This document shows positions 56,309 to 64,000 of a DNA stretch of 64,000 nt, in pieces; the stretch's first letter is position 1, and each line of letters starts with the position of its first letter. Both the position numbers and the translations under genes were made by a program. The stretch comes from Sedimentisphaerales bacterium (GTDB lineage Bacteria; Planctomycetota; Phycisphaerae; Sedimentisphaerales; SM23-30), in contig CAXXFK010000031.1 of NCBI GenBank assembly GCA_963663965.2, forward strand, positions 128,001-192,000. The letters run 5' to 3'. The notes under the pieces were generated by a model. That model was not told the origin of the DNA, did not search any database, and saw only the letters and a program-made list of their open reading frames with translations.

Positions 56309-58756
56309 ATGAAAAACATGTTTTCCTGTTCCCTCCCACCCTGCATCATTATCCTCTGCCTGTCACTAAGCTGGTTCTGTCAAGCCGGCAATGTTGATAT
56401 CCGGATTCATTGCGATCAACCGACCGTGCCGATCAGTCCGGTACTCTATGGTATTTTCTTTGAAGATATCAACTTTGCCGCTGACGGTGGTTTATATGCC
56501 GAACTGATCCAGAACCGCTCTTTCGAATATTACCCGGTCGAAGGGGGTAATCCATTAAGCGATCAATATCATACGCTTTATGCCTGGGAAAAAGTTGAAC
56601 GCGATGGGGGCCAGTGCCGGTTGAGCGTAGATCGCGGTATTCCATTGAACCGAAACAATCCCAACTATCTGACAATCCGGATCGAACAGACTGGATCGGG
56701 CGTTGGTGTAATGAACGAAGGTTATGATGGTATCCGGATTGATACTGATAAAAAATACGACATCTCGTTTTATGCCCGCCGTAGCGGCAGGCAAAACGCT
56801 GCCATAACCGCAGCCCTTGAATTAGCAGACGGAACCGTATGCGGCTCAGTGAATTTCGAAGGAATTGGTGTTGACTGGCAGAAATACGAAGGTGTCATCA
56901 CCTCAAAGTCCACATCAGACAAGGCGCGTCTGGTCCTCACCACCCCCAACCGCGGCCCACTCTATCTGGATATGATTTCGCTTTTTCCGCAAGACACCTT
57001 CAAAAAACGTAAAAATGGCCTCCGCGCGGATCTGGCCCAGGCGTTGGCGGATCTCAAACCGAAATTCTTCCGATTTCCAGGTGGCTGTATTACCCATGGC
57101 CACAGTCTGCAAAACGCGTACCGATGGAAAGATACTGTAGGAGATGTCGCCGAACGATTAGGTAACTGGAACCGCTGGGGATATCATCAAACCTATGGTT
57201 TGGGATATTTCGAATATTTCCAGTTATGCGAAGATATTGGGGCTGCCCCCCTGCCCGTTCTGCCTGTGGGTGTCTCCTGTGGATTCAATCAGCCCTATCA
57301 ATGCGTACCGATGGATGAATTACAACCCTGGATTGATGATGCCATCGATTTAATTGAATTTGCCAATGGACCGGCCAACAGCCGCTGGGGTAAAATCCGT
57401 GCCGAGATGGGCCACCCTCAACCGTTCGGACTGGAATATGTCTGTCTCGGCAATGAAGAACATGACCGGCCGGAATTCCACGAACGCTTCCCTCATTTTG
57501 TCAAGGCCATCCGGGAATCTCACCCGGAAATCAAAATTATCGGTACTTCCGGGTTGGGAACCGGCATACCGTTATATAGCATGATGGCTGATCTGAATGT
57601 TTACAGTTCCGATGAACATTATTACATGAATCCCCAGTGGTTTCTGGCCAATCAGAACCGCTTCGATACGTTCGATCGCAGTCTCCCCAAAATTTTTGTA
57701 GGAGAATATGCCTCGGAGGGCAATTCCCTGTTTAATGCCATCGCAGAAGCAGCCTTTCTCACCGGTGTTGAACGCAATGGCGATATCGTGGATATGACAT
57801 GCTACGCCCCGCTCTTCGCTCATGTCGATCACACTCAGTGGCCCAGGGCCGACCTGATCTGGTTCGATAAACGCACCGTGGTCAAAACGCCAAACTATTA
57901 CGTCCAGCAACTTTTCAGCTGTAATTCCGGTCATATTTATCTTAAAAATTCCGTAACTCAAATATTGGAAGACAAAATCCCCACGATCAAAGGCGCCATT
58001 GGCATCGGCGCCTGGAGCACTGCTATCGAAATGAATCAAGCGTCCGTAAACGGCGCCATTCTTGATCCGTCCCAATGGCGGGCTGTTAGTGGTAATTTCC
58101 GTATGCAAAACAACCATTACGTACAATTGGATACGACCCAACAACCGGCCATTAGCTTTGCACCAATAAAATACCAGGACGACAAAATCACCTATACCGT
58201 CCGGGCCAGAAAAACCGGTGGTAGCGAAGGTTTTCTACTGGTCTTTGGTTGTGAAAATGATCAGAGCTACTGGTGGTGGAACGTGGGCGGCTGGAATAAT
58301 ACCCAGCATGCCATCGAACGTATTGAAAACGGCAAGAAATCCGTCCTGACCGAACGCCGTGGCTCCATCCGTAACGATACCTGGTATACCATGAAAGTTG
58401 AGTTAACGCCTGGACGCATTCAATGCTTCCTTGATGGCCAACTCATCCATGATTATGAGATGCAGAAACCGTCCATCAGCGTATCGTCCACACTGGATAA
58501 GAAATCCCATGAGGTCATTGTCAAATTAGTCAATCCCACGGATGAGGTAGTAAAGTCGATTATTCATCTTGACGGTGTCTCTGGTCTGAAATCCCCGGCA
58601 AAACTGATGCTCCTATCCGGCCAGGCATCAGCCAGAAATTCAATCCAGAATCTGGATCAGATCAAAACCCAGACACGTCAGATTACAGTAGATAAACAGT
58701 TCGGATACACCTTGCCCGCCATGTCAGTCCAGTTCATTCGGATTTCCACACAATAA
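56309..58756 (+). CDS. Alpha-L-arabinofuranosidase, GH51, with inserted beta-sandwich
   Basis: FFEDINFAADGGLYAELIQNRSFE, RFPGGC, LGNEE, DEHYY, VGEYA, CYAPL. Confidence 0.92.
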   Translation: MKNMFSCSLPPCIIILCLSLSWFCQAGNVDIRIHCDQPTVPISPVLYGIFFEDINFAADGGLYAELIQNRSFEYYPVEGGNPLSDQYHTLYAWEKVERDGGQCRLSVDRGIPLNRNNPNYLTIRIEQTGSGVGVMNEGYDGIRIDTDKKYDISFYARRSGRQNAAITAALELADGTVCGSVNFEGIGVDWQKYEGVITSKSTSDKARLVLTTPNRGPLYLDMISLFPQDTFKKRKNGLRADLAQALADLKPKFFRFPGGCITHGHSLQNAYRWKDTVGDVAERLGNWNRWGYHQTYGLGYFEYFQLCEDIGAAPLPVLPVGVSCGFNQPYQCVPMDELQPWIDDAIDLIEFANGPANSRWGKIRAEMGHPQPFGLEYVCLGNEEHDRPEFHERFPHFVKAIRESHPEIKIIGTSGLGTGIPLYSMMADLNVYSSDEHYYMNPQWFLANQNRFDTFDRSLPKIFVGEYASEGNSLFNAIAEAAFLTGVERNGDIVDMTCYAPLFAHVDHTQWPRADLIWFDKRTVVKTPNYYVQQLFSCNSGHIYLKNSVTQILEDKIPTIKGAIGIGAWSTAIEMNQASVNGAILDPSQWRAVSGNFRMQNNHYVQLDTTQQPAISFAPIKYQDDKITYTVRARKTGGSEGFLLVFGCENDQSYWWWNVGGWNNTQHAIERIENGKKSVLTERRGSIRNDTWYTMKVELTPGRIQCFLDGQLIHDYEMQKPSISVSSTLDKKSHEVIVKLVNPTDEVVKSIIHLDGVSGLKSPAKLMLLSGQASARNSIQNLDQIKTQTRQITVDKQFGYTLPAMSVQFIRISTQ

Positions 58757-58770
58757 AGTCCCTGTCCATC

Positions 58771-58804
58771 AAAACAGGCTATGTCTTAACGCATAGCCTG
58801 TTTT
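58771..58804. terminator. Bidirectional intrinsic terminator
   Basis: aaaacaggctatg-tcttaacg-catagcctgtttt, a 13-bp inverted repeat between convergent genes. Confidence 0.85.
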
Positions 58805-58818
58805 ATCATTGATATGCT

Positions 58819-61800
58819 TCACTCTAGTGTGATATCAAAATACACAGAATACCGACCGTACATTTCATAAAAAGGTTTTAAATTCACACCATTGGTACTG
58901 AACCGCAACTTGTCGGCATCTCCTTTGATCGACTGACGGATATCCGCAGCCTTCAATGTAATGGGCCGCCAATCAGTAAGCGCTTCCGGCTCCTCTCCGG
59001 CCAGCAGAATCGGGCCATAAAAAATACTGGCTATATTGGGCTGGTCCATGACCGGACATAAATGAAAATCCATAGGCAGCTTTATTTCAACCACATCGCC
59101 ATCTTTCCAGTTTCGTTTCAGCTTCAGATAGGATCCTGCATTGGCATTAACGCGCAGGACTTCGCCATTAATCTTAAGCAAAAATTCGTCATCAATCCAC
59201 CTGGGCACCCGAATATACATATCAAAAGTGCCCTCTCCCAGCAGGGTCAGGGTGGTACGATCATCATAAGGAAAACTGGTACGCTGCTTAATCGTTACCT
59301 TTTTTTCTTCCCATCGCAAGGTTGAAGGTACAAAGAGATTTATATACAACGCACTGTTATCGGTACTCTTAAAATAAATAGAGTCCTGAAGCTTCGTACT
59401 ACTTTCCAGGGCCGTCCCGTTACAGCAGGTAAAACCATCCATCCGGGCATTACCAAAACTCTTACGCGCGCCCGGATTCAACGGGACATGATAAGTATTT
59501 CCCGGATTGTCTTCATCGACCGATGCTAGAATATGGTTATAAAGCGCCTGCTCATAATAGTCCATATACCTGGCATTCTGATCAAACATAAAGAGTTGCC
59601 GGCTGAGCTTTAACAGATTATAGGTGGCGCAGGTCTCATTCTGGCCACCCCGGGCAAATCCATTATGAAACAAGGTATTGGGCTGGGCCGTAAAGCATTC
59701 AGCATTATTCGGATTCCTGGCCCCCGCGACACCGCCAATACTGTACATGTAACAATGGGTACAGATATCCCAGAAATTCTCAGCGATCTGATAATAGGCG
59801 CCATCTCCCGTGCCTTTAAAGGTTTCCAGTGATCCGGTAATCTGCGGGATATGCTGGTTGGCATGTTTACCCCGGATTGTATCGACATTTTTGGCAAGGC
59901 CATGGTCATGAGCGACGTCTCCAAAAAAGAAGTCGATATTATCAAATAACCGTGCACACGCCAGAAAACGGTCATCCCCGGTCAGCCGATACATTCGGGC
60001 CATCACTTCATTCATACCGCCGTATTCGCCGGCAATATACCGGTTCCACATCTTAATCCGGGTTTCCTCGGGCAGCACATTCAGGCGTTTATAAACCCAG
60101 AGACCCATCCCCGTGGCGATTTCCAGCGCTTTGGTGTTACCTCCCACTTCATAGCAATCCATCAAACCCGCCAGAATTTTATGCAGAGTGTAATAAGGCG
60201 CCCAGATTTGGTTATTACGCCCCCCATAAGTAGCGCCCTGTTCCAACATAATAAACTGATCTGGCGGATAGCCGCTGATAAATCCTTCACCCCAGTTCCA
60301 GTAATCCGTACGAATACCGACTTTGCTCAAATCTGAATCATAACCATCCCGTCCTTCTCCCGGCGGAACGGTCGCCGGATCAGTGTTACATGGTCCACCC
60401 TCACTCCCTGGCCGTCCCGATTTCCGTGCCAGGTCAGATAAGATATCAATCATATAATTCATTTTTCTGGCAAAGTCTTCATGTAATTCAGAGTCGTAGG
60501 TTGTGCTGGCATAGGCTTGAGCGATAGCAGTCAGGTAATGCCCGCTGGCATGACCGCGCAAACGCGTAGTCTGACTATCCCAGCCACCCAGTGGCCGTAC
60601 TCCTTCGGGTTGTTTCTGGCCAAAAGCATCGCGAAAATTGTACAGGAAAGTATCTGGATTGGTCCTGGCCAGCCCCAGAATAAATTTGTCGCGATTCTTC
60701 ATAAACGGCGTTGCGTGTCCTTCCATATCAGGCTCCAGAACCACCTGGCCTAACGGAAACGATTCCAGCGATATCCGAGGCATTGGTCGATCTTCTGATT
60801 TATCCAGAACGATGACCGTTGCTTGAGGCTTAAATGAGGTACCTGGTACGGTCCCGGTTATGGTATAGGTTCCGGGCTGATGAACCTCTTGATTATCCAG
60901 TGGAGCCGGCCAGATCACACGCACCAGAGGACCGTCTAAACCGTCACGATAGATACCATTTAAATAATAAGGTAAATGCGGTAACTGACCCACCTTTGTT
61001 TTCAATTCAATATCTGGAACATTCATTAATCCACGTGTCAACAAGCGCCCATCCGACATTTCAACACCTTCAGTCGGTTTTTCATCCTCGGCCACAGCAA
61101 TATCTTCATCTGAAACGGCATTGTGGCAGATTACCGCCACCTGCTGATCAGACAGGGCGATGCGGTAAAACCGAACATCATATAATTTTCCGCTCAGACA
61201 GGAATCCTGATCAAAAAGCGATTTGCCCAGGCAAATCCGGTTGGTTGCGACATCATTCTGATTGATGATCTCCGCAAGCGTAACATCTTTTATGACGCTT
61301 TGTCCAACGCGTATCCCATCCACATAAAGACTGAGAGTCTTTTTGGCGCTATCCAGCACCGTCGCCAAATGCACCCACTGCCCGGTGGCCACCCTGAAAG
61401 CCGCAGGCCCCTGCTCCCGTCCATAACCATCGGCGGTGATCCGAACCCGGCAACCATTCGACCGTTCTTCGCCAACCGGCGTGCAAAAAAAGTAGCGGTT
61501 TAAATCCTGGCCCAGATCAAAAAAACGCTGCCAGGGAATCAGGTCATTAACCCAAATCCATCCCGTCACACTTAAATTTTCGATTCCATCCAAAGCCTGA
61601 CCAGGAACCTGAACATAGGCCCCATTTCGGCCTCCCGGCAATGACAACACCTTACCAAACTGATCATCCTCCACAAACACCCCCTGCCGCCCCTGTAAAC
61701 TGGCATGCAGACTGTTCCTGGAACTGTCATTCACATTACCATTAAACAGATATCGGGCAATCATCGCCGTTTCACCGATACCGTCGAGAAATTGATCTCC

Positions 61801-61884
61801 TTCGCCGCTTTGAGCATAGATTAATGACTCATAACCGATTAGAACTATTAATGATAATATCCAGAATTTCAATAATTTGCACAC
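58819..61884 (-). CDS. Beta-L-arabinofuranosidase-type enzyme (GH146/GH127) with N-terminal LamG and Ig-like domains
   Basis: GTG start at 61884 with aaggag RBS; LRGHASGHYL, WAPYYTLHK, EYGGMNE, HANQHIP, ETCATYN, TCCNGT. Confidence 0.88.
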   Translation of the reverse strand: MCKLLKFWILSLIVLIGYESLIYAQSGEGDQFLDGIGETAMIARYLFNGNVNDSSRNSLHASLQGRQGVFVEDDQFGKVLSLPGGRNGAYVQVPGQALDGIENLSVTGWIWVNDLIPWQRFFDLGQDLNRYFFCTPVGEERSNGCRVRITADGYGREQGPAAFRVATGQWVHLATVLDSAKKTLSLYVDGIRVGQSVIKDVTLAEIINQNDVATNRICLGKSLFDQDSCLSGKLYDVRFYRIALSDQQVAVICHNAVSDEDIAVAEDEKPTEGVEMSDGRLLTRGLMNVPDIELKTKVGQLPHLPYYLNGIYRDGLDGPLVRVIWPAPLDNQEVHQPGTYTITGTVPGTSFKPQATVIVLDKSEDRPMPRISLESFPLGQVVLEPDMEGHATPFMKNRDKFILGLARTNPDTFLYNFRDAFGQKQPEGVRPLGGWDSQTTRLRGHASGHYLTAIAQAYASTTYDSELHEDFARKMNYMIDILSDLARKSGRPGSEGGPCNTDPATVPPGEGRDGYDSDLSKVGIRTDYWNWGEGFISGYPPDQFIMLEQGATYGGRNNQIWAPYYTLHKILAGLMDCYEVGGNTKALEIATGMGLWVYKRLNVLPEETRIKMWNRYIAGEYGGMNEVMARMYRLTGDDRFLACARLFDNIDFFFGDVAHDHGLAKNVDTIRGKHANQHIPQITGSLETFKGTGDGAYYQIAENFWDICTHCYMYSIGGVAGARNPNNAECFTAQPNTLFHNGFARGGQNETCATYNLLKLSRQLFMFDQNARYMDYYEQALYNHILASVDEDNPGNTYHVPLNPGARKSFGNARMDGFTCCNGTALESSTKLQDSIYFKSTDNSALYINLFVPSTLRWEEKKVTIKQRTSFPYDDRTTLTLLGEGTFDMYIRVPRWIDDEFLLKINGEVLRVNANAGSYLKLKRNWKDGDVVEIKLPMDFHLCPVMDQPNIASIFYGPILLAGEEPEALTDWRPITLKAADIRQSIKGDADKLRFSTNGVNLKPFYEMYGRYSVYFDITLE

Positions 61885-61939
61885 AGTTATCGTACTCCTT
61901 AAATTATGCGCAATTCCATTTGTTTTTTGAGCACTATGC

Positions 61940-62887
61940 CTATTGGGGACTCTGGCCAAACGTTGTCTTTGCCACTCCCTCAGAAGTCATTGTTACCGGT
62001 TTGATCAATCCGGCAGAATCATACTCGAGCTTGTCAATAGCCGTTTTTCTGGAATCCGGATAGGGCCCATCCCCGGAAACATATTCCCAGCGATGATAAA
62101 CAATATACCATTGATCCGTAACCGGATTGCGTAAAAAAGAATGATGACCCGGCCCTTTAAACGTTTCATTACTGCTTAATATACAACCTTGATACTTCCA
62201 GGGCCCCATGGGCCCATGGGCTGTCGCATAATGAACCGAATAAGAACTGGTCTGCCACCCTCCATGGCTGTAAGATAAATAATAGGTTCCGTTTCGATAA
62301 TGCATAAAAACGCCCTCGGTAAATGCCGGCGGTGTCTGGACTTCAATTTCTCTGGCAAAAGTAGTCATGTTATCGTTTAGTTCAAACATCCGCAGTTTAG
62401 CCCCGGCGCTTCCTCCGGCGTAAAGATAATGCTTACTGGAGTTGGGATCTTGAAACACCATCGGATCGATGGCTTCGAAGGCAGGATCGTTATTATCAGA
62501 CAGCAAAGCCCGGCCGCTGTCTTTGAAAGGGCCCATAGGAGTTATCCCGGTTGCGACACCAATATGAGAAGGCTTAGGCCCCACGGAATAATAAAAATAA
62601 AAAACACCTTTTTTTTCTGTGATGGCCGGCGCCCAGGCATATTTTCCCCAGGGTATCCAGTCTATCATGCTGAAATCAAGAATTGGCCCTTCCCGCTTCC
62701 ATGATACCAGATCGGATGATGAAAATACATAAAACTTCCCCCGTGAGCCATAAGTGGGATAGATATAAACCGTATCGCCATAAACAACTGCGTGCGGATC
62801 TGCAGCAGTAAATACAGGATTGACAGCCCATAACTCAAAGGGTGTTATTATAATAAATAAGATCGATAATTTATGGTATGGTTTCAT
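61940..62887 (-). CDS. GH43 glycoside hydrolase
   Basis: ADP, WAP, IDP, TEG, GPGHHS. Confidence 0.9.
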   Translation of the reverse strand: MKPYHKLSILFIIITPFELWAVNPVFTAADPHAVVYGDTVYIYPTYGSRGKFYVFSSSDLVSWKREGPILDFSMIDWIPWGKYAWAPAITEKKGVFYFYYSVGPKPSHIGVATGITPMGPFKDSGRALLSDNNDPAFEAIDPMVFQDPNSSKHYLYAGGSAGAKLRMFELNDNMTTFAREIEVQTPPAFTEGVFMHYRNGTYYLSYSHGGWQTSSYSVHYATAHGPMGPWKYQGCILSSNETFKGPGHHSFLRNPVTDQWYIVYHRWEYVSGDGPYPDSRKTAIDKLEYDSAGLIKPVTMTSEGVAKTTFGQSPQ

Positions 62888-62920
62888 CTTGGATACTCTT
62901 TAAAGTAAAAAACTCCCATG

Positions 62921-64000
62921 CTAATTTTGTTTCGACCTGATAATCCGTAAGTCAAATATTCCGCCGGCCCAGTTGCTGGATTTGGGTTTGAATAAAACAG
63001 TAATGGTTTTTTTGTCTTGAACCATTTTTTCAGGCAATGCATACCTGACCTCAACAAAGTCATCAAGATTCCATTTGTTTACTGTATTTTCGGTGGTTAA
63101 AAGCTGGCCATCGATGAAGATATCGAACGTTCGCCTTCCTGTTTCATGTCCCCAGTATAGCACCATCAGTTCAAGGTCAGCATGGGAGCCCGTTTCCATT
63201 TCATAACTGAACCACCCGGGCGCCATCACATGCCGAAAACGAATCCCGCGATAGAGTCCTGAATCTGATCGTTCCGATCGAAGGTGATGATCCGCCTCGG
63301 GCTGCTGTTCACCAGGAATTACTCGATCTACGGTCAGGCTATCCAGTAGCAACTTTTTCTGTTCCTGTTCCCTGATCTCACCTCTGATTTTTTCGTATTG
63401 ATCTGGCTGAATGATCCGCCAGTACATCATATAACGGCTGTCATGAACTCGAAAAAACGGTTCAAGTGTCAGTTCCTTATACTGTTCCGGCCTGACCACA
63501 TTTTTTACCGAAAAGTGCAAAGGAAGACCGTCTGACAGTGGTCGAATCGCCGATATCACCGAGTCACAGTCACCCAATAACATCGGGGCATCATTCAAGC
63601 TCAGGAGTTGACCATGAGCAATATGGCTCCAGCGGCCATCATCTGCCTTCAAGCCCACAAGATCTTCTATGCCGGTTTTGGCAGTCAGGACAATCGGTCC
63701 ATACAAAATAGCCGCATAATCGGGAACATTGGGCATCGATTCAATGGATAAGTGCATGAGAACGTTTATTTCCAGCTGATCTCCATCCTGCCAGGTACGG
63801 GTAATATCAACATATGTGGAAGGATTGGAATCGGCGCTCCATATCTTATCGCCTATTCGAAACGTTAATTGACCTGCAGGCACCCATCGTGGATGCCTCA
63901 CCTTAAGCGTAAAGGTATTGGGTTTGTCTGTCTTGATGGTTAATACTGTTTTTGCCTGGTCCGGGAAACGGGTTTCCTGACAGAGTCGTACCCCCTGCTC
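62921..64000 (-). CDS. C-terminal part of a second GH146/GH127 enzyme; 5' end outside the window
   Basis: QETRFP, RHPRW, RTWQDGD, YGPIVL, PFFRVHDSRYMMYW, PGEQQPEADH. Confidence 0.82.
   Translation of the reverse strand, partial: EQGVRLCQETRFPDQAKTVLTIKTDKPNTFTLKVRHPRWVPAGQLTFRIGDKIWSADSNPSTYVDITRTWQDGDQLEINVLMHLSIESMPNVPDYAAILYGPIVLTAKTGIEDLVGLKADDGRWSHIAHGQLLSLNDAPMLLGDCDSVISAIRPLSDGLPLHFSVKNVVRPEQYKELTLEPFFRVHDSRYMMYWRIIQPDQYEKIRGEIREQEQKKLLLDSLTVDRVIPGEQQPEADHHLRSERSDSGLYRGIRFRHVMAPGWFSYEMETGSHADLELMVLYWGHETGRRTFDIFIDGQLLTTENTVNKWNLDDFVEVRYALPEKMVQDKKTITVLFKPKSSNWAGGIFDLRIIRSKQN

Noticed and set aside
1..64000. CRISPR array, rRNA, intact integrase or phage genes
   Set aside because: No regularly spaced repeat-spacer array or corresponding motifs seen.

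Overview
Bacterial accessory-genome window. The dockerin-like/LamG secreted proteins suggest a Phycisphaerae/Sedimentisphaerales-type planctomycete (inference). Positions 1-17.4 kb hold a GC-richer block: glucan phosphorylase, HAD phosphatase, acetate kinase, PRC-barrel protein, AarF kinase, phosphoketolase and a full N-ATPase operon (atpDCQRBEFAG, Na+-type c subunit), followed by rearranged gene fragments. Two copies of a tmRNA 3' end (23364-23391 and 46584-46608), each flanked by 11-bp-period integrase arm-like repeats, bound an integrase-less island of about 23 kb inside an apparent tandem island array. The island carries two large secreted genes with four DUF1593 (Sde182, nucleoside-hydrolase-like) domains and an AraC regulator. 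It also carries a sugar ABC transporter with DUF2291, a fucose-isomerase-family enzyme, a split transketolase and an FGGY kinase, which match the D-apiose transketolase pathway. The leading hypothesis is that DUF1593 proteins are an uncharacterised family of apiose-releasing or apiose-processing enzymes. Full-length ISL3 and IS66 elements with 8-bp target duplications and several IS remnants are present. The right end is a plant-glycan CAZyme cluster (GH29, SGNH, GH5, GH51, two GH146/127, GH43). Many genes contain indels, often in homopolymer runs, which may be sequencing errors. All family calls come from recognising motifs by eye; no database search was run.
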